Source of the DNA: Akkermansia sp.
GTDB lineage: Bacteria > Verrucomicrobiota > Verrucomicrobiia > Verrucomicrobiales > Akkermansiaceae
Assembly: GCA_017399165.1 (NCBI GenBank)
Contig: JAFQEF010000079.1
Coordinates: 14,005-78,004 of the forward strand
Reading direction: 5' to 3'
DNA length: 64,000 nucleotides
Positions 28,601-37,335 of the stretch are shown one piece after another. Under the pieces are notes generated by a model, which was not told the origin of the DNA, ran no database searches, and saw nothing but the letters and a program-made list of their open reading frames with translations. Numbering within the stretch: position 1 is the stretch's first letter; every line of letters starts with the position of its first letter. Made by a program: the position numbers and the translations under genes.

Positions 28601-28718
28601 AACAAAAGAAGATTTGAAAATTCAATGTGCACGTGCACATTTTAAAACACTGGCAGAGCATATCGGCAATCCCATCCGTTTCTGTGGACCGGTCACGAAG
28701 CTACGCGACGTATTTTAA
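25635..28718 (+). CDS. res: Type III restriction enzyme Res subunit (SF2 helicase + C-terminal PD-(D/E)xK nuclease)
   Basis: Contains ETGTGKT (25977-25991), IVIVDEPQN (DEPQ 26382-26393), LRYSATH, REGWDNPNV and QIIGRGLR. The C-terminal nuclease motif is NPDWAM..YFVVETKGS (D 28512-28514; E-T-K 28566-28574). Confidence 0.9.
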   Translation: MSKVKLQFEADLAYQHRAIEAVCNLFEGQGHAVSPFTVMLPPKEGELGLRDTDMGTGNKLSLTDEEILQNLKGIQERNGQVISESKSYLAEQTVGKKKKSVLRAAWDFTVEMETGTGKTYVYLRSIYELHKRYGFSKFIIVVPSIAIKEGVFKSIELMREHFRTLYDGVAMHATLYDSAKIGEVCNYARSNKLEIMVCTIQAITAIQKEAEHNDTPKRGAQRVMYTANEKTGGMEPIHYIRQCRPIVIVDEPQNVGEKGELNGIALLEPLCTLRYSATHRNLCHPLYTLNAVEASNQKLVKHIEVAGCTISQNTSGLPYIKVLKVGEKKGETYAKLRLLHDLQGKSKDMEAHVGDSLDLVTRNEIYTGIVVQQIQENGVLFSPESIGFIGTGEDNAGSDNAVLVEQMIRETIKKHLERAALLRPKGIKVLSLFFLDSVSNYREYDENGRKPGRYAEIFEREFNKWSSLPQYRSLWAEGAPPAADTVHDGYFSIDKKGKKEIWTNTKENDRSDAAKRAYELIMRDKERLLSLDEPLQFIFSHTALREGWDNPNVFQVCVLRSDFETASEISRRQIIGRGLRICVDKHGRRVREEGVNTLTVVAKEHFEEFAKKLQHEYEEDGMKFGVVTPQLLGAVTLPTRQGEEELLGQERGKMVLASCTAADIIDAQGKLSDTANQQLQAGTFILPDSCLDAVPEEQRPAMHHALLQVLMDATRKVSVTDANKRHELKVRDKWRDNAHFLALWERIKTRTIFEVKFSTETLIRRVVNNVQQDLLNIPPVLLSMGIAGITYRNGGIRAELKGTKHTVVDTSNNPVPDIVSEIVDKTELTRRTVVRILRGLPEAVLNKVRDNCAEFLRRIIRGIQRELEALMVDGICYRPVIIGEREYGKQLFLTPQQVGDIKNVIATSEKCLTEQIVCDSGSKPERNFARDADLDENVKFYIKLPDSFTIPTPLGKYNPDWAMVKHEDGQDILYFVVETKGSNLSGDLRTKEDLKIQCARAHFKTLAEHIGNPIRFCGPVTKLRDVF

Positions 28719-28772
28719 TCAGTAGCACGCGTGGGAACAGTTGATTTATTTCGAGAGTTTCTCTTTACCCGT

Positions 28773-28808
28773 AAAAAGCCCTGTCGAGGAATCTCGACAG
28801 GGCTTTTT
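28773..28808. terminator. bidirectional rho-independent terminator between res and the nahK-like gene
   Basis: AAAAAGCCCTGTCGAG (28773-28788) / loop gaat / CTCGACAGGGCTTTTT (28793-28808). An A-run and a T-run flank the stem. Confidence 0.85.
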
Positions 28809-28833
28809 GAGTTCAGTAATGAGGTAAGATAAA

Positions 28834-29934
28834 TCAGTATTTTTCCACCACTTTCATCATGGCGTCCATTTGAGCCTCGATGGACTCGACGAGGGCAATC
28901 TGGGTGCGGCAGCGGTCCAGGTTGTGCTCGGGGCGCTTAATCTTGAAGTAGGTGTCGCCCTCCAGATAGTCTGTGAGGAAGCGCATACCGCACTCCATGG
29001 TAAGCAGCTTACCGGAGAACGGAAGCAGCTCTTTCTCCAGCGGGGTGAGGAAGGTAGCGGCCTCGCAGTATCCCTTGGCAAGAGCCTCAAAGTACTCCAT
29101 GCGCATGGTAACAAGGGAGGTGTTCTTCTCATCCTCTGCAGCGGGGGATGTGGAGGTGCGGATCATGTCACCGAAGTCATACAGGGAGGAGCCCGGCATG
29201 GTGGTGTCCAAGTCAATCACGCAAATGCCCTCGCCCGTTACGTCATCAAGCATCACGTTGTTGAGCTTGGTGTCGTTGTGGGTGACACGCAGGGGCAGCT
29301 CGCCGCTGGCAAGGTAGTTTACAACCTTGTGGCAATCTGCCTCGCGGGAGAGGAACCAATCGATTTCCTTTTGCACGGTAGCAGCACGCCCGCAAGCATC
29401 CGCTGCCAAAGCGGCCTGGAAGTTCTTGAAGCGCTTGGTGGTGTTATGGAAATCGGGGATGGTCTCGAAGAGCGGAGCGCCGGGAAGGTTGGCACCCAGT
29501 TTCTGGAAGTTACCAAAGGCACGAGCCACCTCAATGCACTGGCCCGGGTTCTCAATCATATCGTAGGTGCGGGCACGGTCAATGAAGGGGTATACACGCC
29601 ATACATTGCCGTCGGCATCCTGAGCGTAGGGCTTGCCATCCTTAGCGTTTACGATAGTAAGGGTGCGGCGGTAGGCCTCTTTGCAGCCCTCCTCCAACAG
29701 CACGCGCAGAGCTTCATCCGTAACACGCTTCACGTTTTCCATGAGCGGGATGGGTTGCTTGAACACGTTGCTGTTAATGCGCTGTAAGATGTAGCTTACA
29801 CGCAGACCTGCCTGGTCTACGATAACACGGAAAGTGTCATTAATATGACCGGAGCCGTAAGGAGCCCCGCAGACAAAGTCGCCACGGAGGTCAAACAGGC
29901 CGGATATGGATTTGATATCGTACATAATCTCCAA
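28834..29934 (-). CDS. nahK: N-acetylhexosamine 1-kinase (NahK/LnpB-like, APH-fold anomeric sugar kinase)
   Basis: Contains LRVTHNDTKLNNVMLD, IDLDTTMPGSSLYDFGD, ELLPFSGKLLTMECGMRFLTDYLEGDTYF and PEHNLDRCRTQI. These closely match Bifidobacterium NahK as I recall it. Confidence 0.75.
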   Translation of the reverse strand: MEIMYDIKSISGLFDLRGDFVCGAPYGSGHINDTFRVIVDQAGLRVSYILQRINSNVFKQPIPLMENVKRVTDEALRVLLEEGCKEAYRRTLTIVNAKDGKPYAQDADGNVWRVYPFIDRARTYDMIENPGQCIEVARAFGNFQKLGANLPGAPLFETIPDFHNTTKRFKNFQAALAADACGRAATVQKEIDWFLSREADCHKVVNYLASGELPLRVTHNDTKLNNVMLDDVTGEGICVIDLDTTMPGSSLYDFGDMIRTSTSPAAEDEKNTSLVTMRMEYFEALAKGYCEAATFLTPLEKELLPFSGKLLTMECGMRFLTDYLEGDTYFKIKRPEHNLDRCRTQIALVESIEAQMDAMMKVVEKY

Positions 29935-29937
29935 AAA

Positions 29938-30846
29938 TTAACCGAGTTTGGCGGGATATACACCATCCTCTACCAGCTTGGCAATGCTCTCTACCACAGC
30001 GGGTTTATCGCTCGGGTAGGTAACACCCAACCAGTTAGCGGTGGTCTTGATAACGCTGCAATCTGCCTTGCCGTTGTGAATCAGTTCATCCACAACAGTG
30101 GGGATGTAGCACTCGCTCTTCAGCTCTGCACCGTGCTCAGCCATGAAGTGAGTGAAGTGCTCCTGAATGCGGGAAATGAAGCTGGCAGGGAATACCCAGA
30201 AGTTCATGGAAACGAGCTCCTCGGGGTCAACGGGCTTACGCTCGCCGGAAAGGCTGTCGCCACGGCAAACGCCGTCTTCCTCCATCTTAATCTTGGTATA
30301 CTCTTCCACGCTGTCCAAGTAGCCATCCTTAATACCGCAGATACCGCGGTTTACATCGCCGTGGTCGCTGAGGGTGTTCTTAAGGGGATAACCAATCATG
30401 CCGTAGTGCTCCTTGCAGGGGCAACCGGGCTCTGCGGTAAGGAACTCGGCAGCCTTTACAAAGGCGTCTGCACCGTAGAAGTCATCGGCATTCACCACGC
30501 CGAACGGCTCCTTAACAACATTGCGGGCGGCAAGCAGAGCGTGGGCAGTGCCCCAAGGCTTTACGCGACCCTCGGGCACGCTGTACCCCTCGGGCAGGTC
30601 ATCCAAGCACTGGAATGCGTAGTCTACCTCAATCTTGTCGGCAAAGCGAGCGCCGACTTGGCTCTTAAAGGCCTCCTCAAAGTCCTTGCGGATGATGAAC
30701 ACCACCTTACCGAACCCGGCACGAATGGCATCATACACGGAGTAATCAAGAATAACTTCACCATTGGGCCCCATGGGGTCCAGCTGCTTAAGGCCACCGT
30801 AACGGCTGCCCATACCTGCTGCGAGAACAAGAAGTGTAGGTTTCAT
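29938..30846 (-). CDS. sugar-1-phosphate nucleotidyltransferase (UDP-sugar pyrophosphorylase-like)
   Basis: N-terminal LVLAAGMGSRYGGLKQL (G-x-G-x-R NTP-transferase motif) and VVNADDFYG. Ends 3 nt upstream of the nahK-like gene on the same strand. Confidence 0.75.
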   Translation of the reverse strand: MKPTLLVLAAGMGSRYGGLKQLDPMGPNGEVILDYSVYDAIRAGFGKVVFIIRKDFEEAFKSQVGARFADKIEVDYAFQCLDDLPEGYSVPEGRVKPWGTAHALLAARNVVKEPFGVVNADDFYGADAFVKAAEFLTAEPGCPCKEHYGMIGYPLKNTLSDHGDVNRGICGIKDGYLDSVEEYTKIKMEEDGVCRGDSLSGERKPVDPEELVSMNFWVFPASFISRIQEHFTHFMAEHGAELKSECYIPTVVDELIHNGKADCSVIKTTANWLGVTYPSDKPAVVESIAKLVEDGVYPAKLG

Positions 30847-30904
30847 AATAAAAGTGTAGTACTATCGGTACGCACTCATTCTACCTGTTCCTGTGGAACA
30901 TTGC

Positions 30905-30950
30905 AAGCAAAAAGCGCACGAAACAGGGTGATTTTCACCGTTTCGTGCGC
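30905..30950 (-). terminator. rho-independent terminator of metH
   Basis: GCGCACGAAAC (30914-30924) pairs with GTTTCGTGCGC (30940-30950), with an inner GGTG/CACC extension. On the minus strand it is followed by TTTTTGCTT. Confidence 0.75.
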
Positions 30951-30971
30951 TTAATCATCACGCCGTCAGCG

Positions 30972-33900
30972 TTAAACCGTCAACTTATGCCCGGAGCGGG
31001 ATTCATAATCGGCGCGTTGGTCCTCACCAATGGGGCCCACCGCAAAGTAGCGAGCCTCGGGGTGATTGAAGATGAGGGCACAGATGGCAGAGGACGGCTG
31101 CATCATGCACGTTTCTGTAAGCGTGGTACCGGTATGTGCCGAGGCATTCAGCAAAGAGAACACCGTGCGTTTCTCCTGATGGTCGGGCTGAGAGGGGTAG
31201 CCACATGCGGGGCGAACCATGGCAGAGCCTGCAATGGGCCAAACTTGTTCCACACAATCCTGCGTACACTCAGCCAAGGCCTCGGCCAACATGTTGGCAA
31301 CGGCAGCTATCAGCAGCGCGTTGTAGGGATCATTAGCAGCATTGAGCTCTGCGCTCCACTCATCTGCACCGGTGATAGCCATTTGCATGGCACCGACATA
31401 ACCGTTTGACGTGCCAACAAAATCCGATAGTGCTACACGCGGATTATCACTAATCTTTTGCTGACGGAGAGTATACAATACCGTACCGCCCTGCACCTCA
31501 ATATCATCCTCATGGCGAGCGGCCGGCCATATACCGAAACATGAGCGGGCTTGGATGCGGTTCTCTGCTAAGGCTCGTTTCAAAATAGCCTCTGCATCGG
31601 CACGCAGTTTAGCAGCCTCCTGCTTTTTCTCCTCCGTACGTGCGGCATGCATACCGAACGTGCGCAGGGTGATGCTCCAGTCCGCCTTATCAAGCAATTG
31701 TTGCCACGTAAGGGGGAAATCCGGTTGAGGATGGTGGCAAGAACATCCGGCGGGCACACCTACGGTGAACACACCCGTGCGCAGCGGGATCGGTTGAGCA
31801 GCTGGCGATTGCAAAGCGCGGGTGCGAGACTCTGCCAAGCTGTACAGAGGAATCTCTTTTTGTTCAAACTCAGCACATAAGCGAGCTTGCTCCGCTTTAT
31901 ATTCTGCAATAAACGCCCCTTTACCACTACCGCAGAGAGCCGTTGCAACGGGTACTATTGTGGAGGCATCCGCCGTTTGCACAACAACTCCGGCAGGATA
32001 ATGGGGCGCAAGTTTGAGCGCCGTATGCAGCGGGCTTGTGGTTGCCCCACCCACCAACAGGGGGGTATCCATACCCGCTGCCTGCATGGCGGCGGCCACG
32101 GCGGCCATTTCATCCAAAGACGGCGTAATCAGCCCCGAGAGTGCCACCAAATCCGCCTTTTCACGCAAAGCGCATTCAATGATTTGCTCTTTGGGAACCA
32201 TCACCCCCAAATCTACCACACGGAACCCGTTGCAGGCGAGCACCACGCTCACGATATTTTTACCGATGTCATGCACATCCCCCTTAACCGTTGCCAACAC
32301 CACGGTGGCAGCAGCCTTTTGTCCGGTCTGAGCAGACTCCAGCAAGGGGGTAAGAACCGCCACGCTTTGTTTCATCACGCGCGCACTCTTCACTACCTGA
32401 GGCAAGAACATTTTACCGCTGCCAAACAGCTCGCCCACCTGTTTCATGCCATCCATAAGGGGGCCTTCAATCACCTGCAAGGGTGAGCCACATACACCCA
32501 GCGCCTCCTGCGTGTCAGCCTCAATATGCTCGGTAATGCCGTTTACCAAAGCATGAGCCAAACGCTCTTGCACGGTAAGGGTACGCCAATCTGCCGTTTT
32601 CTTGGCAACCGGCGCAGGGGCCCCCGCCCCCGCAGCCTTGAGCGCGGCCTTGGCTTCCGCAAGCTCCTGAGCATAGGCAATCAGGCACTCGGTAGCATCC
32701 TCCGCGCTGTTGAGCAATACCTCTTCCACCAACTTACGGCGGTGGGCAGATATGGTATCATACTCTGTCATTAAGGCAGCATTAACAATGCATAAATCAA
32801 GCCCACCCAAGGCAGCATGGTGCAGGAATGCGCTGTGCATGGCTTCTCTCACCGGGTTATTGCCGCGGAAAGAGAAAGATACATTGGAGATACCGCCCGA
32901 GATATGGCAGAGCGGATGACAGCGAGTAATCTCTGCAGCGGCTTGGAAGAAATGCAACGCATGGTTAGCGTGCTCCGCAATGCCGGTGCCAACGGTTAAC
33001 ACGTTGGGGTCAAAAATGATATCCTCTGCCGGGAAACCCACTTGTTGCGTCAACAGCTCATACGCACGGTGAGCAATAGCCACGCGGTCATCATAAGCAC
33101 AGGCTTGCCCGTTTTCATCAAAGCCCATTACCACCACGGCTGCACCATAACGGCGTATGATACGAGCCTGGCGCAAAAACTCTGCCTCGCCGTTCTTTAA
33201 TGAAATGGAGTTGACAATACCTTTACCCTGTACACATTGCAGGCCGGCTTCAATCACCTCCCACTTAGAGGAATCAATCATGCAGGGCACGCGGGCAATA
33301 TCCGGCTCTGCCGCTACCAGGTTCAGGAATCGGGTCATGGCGGCAGGGCCGTCAATCATGCCATCGTCAAAGCAAAAATCCAACACGCGAGCGCCCTTTT
33401 GTACTTGCGCACGGGCAATCTCCAACGCCTCTTCATAGTTACCTTCTCGAATCAGGCGGGCAAATTTGGGAGAACCGGCCACGTTGCAACGCTCGCCAAT
33501 GAACATGATACCCTCCCGGCGGTGGTGACGGCACGGCTCCAACCCGGAGAGGTACAGCGTACCATCCGTCTCACGAGTGGGGATAACACGCGGGGCGTAC
33601 CCCTGCACCGCCTCTCGAATAGCTGCAATGTACTCGGGGGTGGTACCACAGCATCCACCCACAAAGTTCAGCAAGCCCTGTTGCGCGTAGTCCTTGAGGA
33701 TTCCGGCCATGTGGGCGGCAGAGTGAGCATAGCCGCTCGGGCTGAGGGGATCCGGCAAACCGGCATTGGGGTACATACTAATGGCGCAATCTGCCAACCC
33801 GCTGAGTTCCTGAGCAAAAGGCAACATCAAATCCGCGCCTAAAGCGCAGTTAATACCAATGGAAAGGGGGTTGGCATGGCGCACGGAATGCCAAAACGCC

Positions 33901-34661
33901 TCCACCGTTTGCCCGCTAAGGGTACGCCCGGCGCGGTCTGTTATGGTGAAACTAATCATCACGGGGGGCAGCTCACGCTCCTCCCTCAGCTCTGCAATGG
34001 CATACAGACAAGCCTTGGCATTGAGGGTATCAAAAATGGTTTCGAGCAGTAGAATATCCACCCCGCCATCAGCCAACGCTACCACTTGCTCGCGGTAGGC
34101 GCGCCGCAGCTGATCAAAGTTTACGGCACGGAATCCGGGGTCATTTACATCCGGGGAAAGAGAGGCCGTAACCGCCATGGGGCCAATGGAACCCGCCACC
34201 AAACGGGGGCGAGCATCCGCGGCTTCTGCGGCATCCGCCGCCTCACGTGCAATACGGCAGGCAGCCAAGTTCATTTCACGCACCAAAGCGGCCAAGGGCG
34301 CATCTGCCAGCACGCCTTCATAATAAGCTTGGTCATGCTTGGCGGGCTCTGCGTGGTGAAAGAACTCGTGCTGCCCGATGCTGGTGGCAGAAAAGGTGCA
34401 AGTACTGATGATATCTGACCCGGCATCGAGATATTGGCGACACATGTCACGAATGATATCCGGGCGGGTAATCACCAACACATCATTATTATTTTTAAGG
34501 TCTTGAGGATAGAGCGTACGGTCTTCAAATCTATCACCGCGGTAGTCGGACTCCTGCAAGCGGTGTTTTTGAATCATGGTACCCTGAGCGCCATCCAGCA
34601 TCAGGATGCGTTTTTGCATCTCGCTCTCCAGGTACTCTCTACGTGTTTGCGCCGTGCTCAT
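30972..34661 (-). CDS. metH: cobalamin-dependent methionine synthase (all four modules)
   Basis: About 1229 aa from ATG 34661 ([10 protein letters not shown]). Has the Hcy-binding module, the pterin-binding module, the B12-binding DxHxxG motif (GDVHDIGKN) and the AdoMet activation domain. Confidence 0.95.
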   Translation of the reverse strand: MSTAQTRREYLESEMQKRILMLDGAQGTMIQKHRLQESDYRGDRFEDRTLYPQDLKNNNDVLVITRPDIIRDMCRQYLDAGSDIISTCTFSATSIGQHEFFHHAEPAKHDQAYYEGVLADAPLAALVREMNLAACRIAREAADAAEAADARPRLVAGSIGPMAVTASLSPDVNDPGFRAVNFDQLRRAYREQVVALADGGVDILLLETIFDTLNAKACLYAIAELREERELPPVMISFTITDRAGRTLSGQTVEAFWHSVRHANPLSIGINCALGADLMLPFAQELSGLADCAISMYPNAGLPDPLSPSGYAHSAAHMAGILKDYAQQGLLNFVGGCCGTTPEYIAAIREAVQGYAPRVIPTRETDGTLYLSGLEPCRHHRREGIMFIGERCNVAGSPKFARLIREGNYEEALEIARAQVQKGARVLDFCFDDGMIDGPAAMTRFLNLVAAEPDIARVPCMIDSSKWEVIEAGLQCVQGKGIVNSISLKNGEAEFLRQARIIRRYGAAVVVMGFDENGQACAYDDRVAIAHRAYELLTQQVGFPAEDIIFDPNVLTVGTGIAEHANHALHFFQAAAEITRCHPLCHISGGISNVSFSFRGNNPVREAMHSAFLHHAALGGLDLCIVNAALMTEYDTISAHRRKLVEEVLLNSAEDATECLIAYAQELAEAKAALKAAGAGAPAPVAKKTADWRTLTVQERLAHALVNGITEHIEADTQEALGVCGSPLQVIEGPLMDGMKQVGELFGSGKMFLPQVVKSARVMKQSVAVLTPLLESAQTGQKAAATVVLATVKGDVHDIGKNIVSVVLACNGFRVVDLGVMVPKEQIIECALREKADLVALSGLITPSLDEMAAVAAAMQAAGMDTPLLVGGATTSPLHTALKLAPHYPAGVVVQTADASTIVPVATALCGSGKGAFIAEYKAEQARLCAEFEQKEIPLYSLAESRTRALQSPAAQPIPLRTGVFTVGVPAGCSCHHPQPDFPLTWQQLLDKADWSITLRTFGMHAARTEEKKQEAAKLRADAEAILKRALAENRIQARSCFGIWPAARHEDDIEVQGGTVLYTLRQQKISDNPRVALSDFVGTSNGYVGAMQMAITGADEWSAELNAANDPYNALLIAAVANMLAEALAECTQDCVEQVWPIAGSAMVRPACGYPSQPDHQEKRTVFSLLNASAHTGTTLTETCMMQPSSAICALIFNHPEARYFAVGPIGEDQRADYESRSGHKLTV

Positions 34662-34678
34662 ATTCTGTATTTTCCTTT

Positions 34679-34709
34679 CAAAAAAAGGCGGCTTCACCCG
34701 GAAGCCGCC
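34679..34709 (-). terminator. rho-independent terminator after nuoA
   Basis: GGCGGCTTC (34687-34695) / loop acccg / GAAGCCGCC (34701-34709). On the minus strand it is followed by TTTTTTTG. Confidence 0.8.
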
Positions 34710-34748
34710 ATAAAAAAATTAACTCATATAAAAGCGACACCCGCAGGA

Positions 34749-35141
34749 TTAATCGCGGGGTTTCGGGTTACGGTGCCATACGATAACACCCTTGCCCAAA
34801 GCATAAAGATATGCCACCATCAACACACCGATAAAGGCGGTCATGGCACCGAAGGCTGCACCGTTATTCACCACAAAATCCTTGAAACCAAGTGCCCACG
34901 GATACAGGAAAATCACCTCCAAATCAAATACCAGGAACAGAATGGCTACCATGTAGTATTTGATGGAGAAGAAAGCAGGCGCGCCATCACCCTCGGGCAC
35001 GTTACCGCATTCATACGGAACGTCTTGAGCAGGGCGCAAACGTGCACGGCGGCCGAAAATCACACTGAGCACAATGATCATACCGGCGAATCCGAACCCG
35101 GCGACCAACTGAATCAAAGCTGAAAAATATTCCTGTAACAT
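34749..35141 (-). CDS. nuoA: NADH-quinone oxidoreductase subunit A
   Basis: 130 aa from ATG 35141 with three TM segments and the conserved PYECG..FSIKYYMVAILFLVFDLEVIFLYPWA. Confidence 0.85.
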   Translation of the reverse strand: MLQEYFSALIQLVAGFGFAGMIIVLSVIFGRRARLRPAQDVPYECGNVPEGDGAPAFFSIKYYMVAILFLVFDLEVIFLYPWALGFKDFVVNNGAAFGAMTAFIGVLMVAYLYALGKGVIVWHRNPKPRD

Positions 35142-35269
35142 GGCTGTAACGGGGCTTCTTTTACCACTTATTCTTCGCTTTGTCAAGTAAAAACCGCGGC
35201 AAAATCGTGGCGGATTATAGAGAAGTAGTCAAAAGTAAAGCTCTGCGTGTCTTATGGGGGAATTCCCGC

Positions 35270-35298
35270 TTGAAGAATCCGCAAATGTGTGCTAGTAT
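35270..35298 (+). promoter_or_regulatory. sigma70-like promoter candidate for uvrD
   Basis: TTGAAG (35270-35275), 17-nt spacer, TAGTAT (35293-35298) preceded by TGC (extended -10-like). GAGGAA lies upstream of ATG 35335. Confidence 0.35.
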
Positions 35299-35334
35299 CG
35301 CGCACCCACAGATAAGAGTGAGGAACGGCAAAAC

Positions 35335-37335
35335 ATGGCAGAGAAATTCGACATCAACAGCTTGAATGCAGCGCAAAAGCAAGCGGTGCAAACACTTAAT
35401 GGGCCGGTATTAATACTGGCCGGAGCCGGCACGGGTAAAACCCGCACCGTTACATGCCGTATTGCCAATATGATAGAACAGGGTGTCAACCCCGCCGGCA
35501 TTCTTGCCCTCACCTTTACCAACAAGGCAGCCAATGAAATGGCGGACCGCGTTGCCGGACTGGTAGACCGCAAAGCTGCGCGCAAAATGACCGTATGCAC
35601 CTTCCATTCTCTTTGCGTGCGCATTTTGCGGCAAGATATCGGCAGGTTGGGTTATAAAGAAAACTTTTCCATATACACAGGCAGCGACCAAAGCGGGTTG
35701 CTGAAGCGCCTTATCATGGAGTATGGCGCCCGCAGAGAGAAATTAGAGCCCGCACAAGTCATTGCGGAATACTCACGCGTACGCAACCAAGGCTTAGATT
35801 ACAAGGCTATAGAAGACACCCTCATCTCCGCCGTGGCCGGGGCATACCAGCGGGAGCTGAAAGCCCAGAACGCAGTGGACTTTGACGACCTGCTTATCCT
35901 CACCGAGCGATTATTGCGCTGCTACCCGGATATTCACGATAAATGGAACCGCAGGTTCACTTTCATTACCGTAGATGAGTTTCAGGACACAAACTCCCTG
36001 CAAATGAGCTTACTGCGCCAACTGGTAGGCCCCGAGCACAACGTGTGTGTAGTGGGTGATGACGACCAATCCATTTATGGTTGGCGCGGTGCGCAAATCT
36101 CCAATATTCTGGACTTTGAAAGCTTTTTCCCGAACCCCACCGTTATTAAGCTGGAAGAAAATTACCGCTGCACCAAGCAAGTGCTGGACTGCGCTAACAT
36201 TCTGATACGCCACAATGCAGGGCGCAGAGAAAAGACCCTGCGCACCAATAAGGAAGGCAAATACCCCGTGCGATTGCTTGCCATGCCGGGCCCGGAGGAT
36301 GAAGCCGAGTTTATTGCAGACGAAATTGAGCAACTTCGCGTGCGTGAAAAATTACCGTGGGAGGCCTTTGCCGTACTATTTCGCGCCAATGCTCAAAGCC
36401 GTGCCTTGGAAATGGCCTTGCGAGAGCACCATATCCCCTACCGCATGGTAGGAACCAAGAGTTTCTTTGACCGCAGAGAGGTGAAAGACCTCATCAGCTA
36501 CCTGCAACTCATGGATAACCCGGATGCCGATTTACACCTGCTGCGAGTGCTCAACACCCCGCCGCGCGGTATCAGCGCCAACACGGCATCCTTTGCCATT
36601 GATTGGAGCAGAGACAACAAAAAGAGCGTGTGGTCTACCCTGCTCGACCTCTCTTTCCTGGCAGAATGCTCCACACGCTCCCAAAACAGCATCAATGCCT
36701 TTACGGAGCTTATCACCCGCTACGGCACGGAGTTTGCAGAAAGCGAACGCTCTTTCGAGGAAATTATGAGCGATTTCCTAAAAGAAACGGAATACGAGGA
36801 ATACATATCCCGCAACTGCAAGACGGAGGAAGAAAAGAACCGTCGCCAATCTGCCATAGATGACATTAAATCTGCCTTACGCCAGTTCTGGCTCCCGGGA
36901 GCAAAACTGACCGATTTTCTCGCAAAAATCAACCTAGATAACGATCGCGATGACGATGATATCGAGAGCAAAAGCGGCGTGTGCCTCATCACTATGCACG
37001 CAGCCAAAGGCTTGGAGTTTCCGCAGGTTTACATTGTGGGGGTGGAAGACGGGCTACTGCCGCACAACCGCTCCGTTGATGAAGGCAATTTGGATGAAGA
37101 GCGCCGACTCTTCTACGTGGGTATTACCCGTGCAAGGGAGCGCCTGACCATGACTTATTGCGCCAAACGCACTCGTTATGGGGCGGAGGAGCGCTGCAAG
37201 CCCTCCTGCTTTATTATGGAAATACCCAACAGGCTCTACGAATTCGTAGATTATGATGAGCTCATGAAAACCCCCATGAGCGAGGAGGATTGCGCAGATG
37301 CCATCTCCTCCTTCCGGTCTCTGCTGGATGATTAA
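35335..37335 (+). CDS. uvrD: ATP-dependent DNA helicase, UvrD/PcrA/Rep family (SF1)
   Basis: Contains AGAGTGKT (Walker A), TFHSLC, VDEFQDTN, QSIYGWRGA, TMHAAKGLEF and YVGITRAR. Confidence 0.9.
   Translation: MAEKFDINSLNAAQKQAVQTLNGPVLILAGAGTGKTRTVTCRIANMIEQGVNPAGILALTFTNKAANEMADRVAGLVDRKAARKMTVCTFHSLCVRILRQDIGRLGYKENFSIYTGSDQSGLLKRLIMEYGARREKLEPAQVIAEYSRVRNQGLDYKAIEDTLISAVAGAYQRELKAQNAVDFDDLLILTERLLRCYPDIHDKWNRRFTFITVDEFQDTNSLQMSLLRQLVGPEHNVCVVGDDDQSIYGWRGAQISNILDFESFFPNPTVIKLEENYRCTKQVLDCANILIRHNAGRREKTLRTNKEGKYPVRLLAMPGPEDEAEFIADEIEQLRVREKLPWEAFAVLFRANAQSRALEMALREHHIPYRMVGTKSFFDRREVKDLISYLQLMDNPDADLHLLRVLNTPPRGISANTASFAIDWSRDNKKSVWSTLLDLSFLAECSTRSQNSINAFTELITRYGTEFAESERSFEEIMSDFLKETEYEEYISRNCKTEEEKNRRQSAIDDIKSALRQFWLPGAKLTDFLAKINLDNDRDDDDIESKSGVCLITMHAAKGLEFPQVYIVGVEDGLLPHNRSVDEGNLDEERRLFYVGITRARERLTMTYCAKRTRYGAEERCKPSCFIMEIPNRLYEFVDYDELMKTPMSEEDCADAISSFRSLLDD

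Larger units (their letters stand above)
18601..28808. mobile_element. integrase-associated ~10-kb defence island (integrase + SNF2/unknown/Mod/Res operon)
   Basis: An integrase sits at one end and an AT-rich spacer spans 19624-19816. The restriction-modification cargo is bounded by strong terminators of the flanking housekeeping genes (18566-18602 and 28773-28808). No flanking tRNA or clear direct repeats were found. Confidence 0.45.

Noticed and set aside
19817-28718. Assigning the SNF2/Mod/Res cassette to DISARM or BREX
   Set aside because: DISARM requires DrmA/DrmB (DUF1998) and usually a PLD-nuclease gene. BREX requires PglZ, a BrxC-type ATPase and a PglX-type methylase. None of these is present. 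The methylase and the Res protein have classical Type III motifs, so only a conceptual similarity to DISARM (SNF2 plus methylase) remains.
28870-29787. 305-aa ORF antisense to the nahK-like gene, and similarly 29845..30954 antisense to the nucleotidyltransferase
   Set aside because: Both are reverse-frame shadows of well-supported genes and show low-complexity Gly/Ala/Val/Leu composition.
34662-34748. Cobalamin or SAM riboswitch upstream of metH
   Set aside because: The interval is only about 87 nt and is largely occupied by the nuoA terminator hairpin. No B12-box or SAM-I conserved elements are visible.
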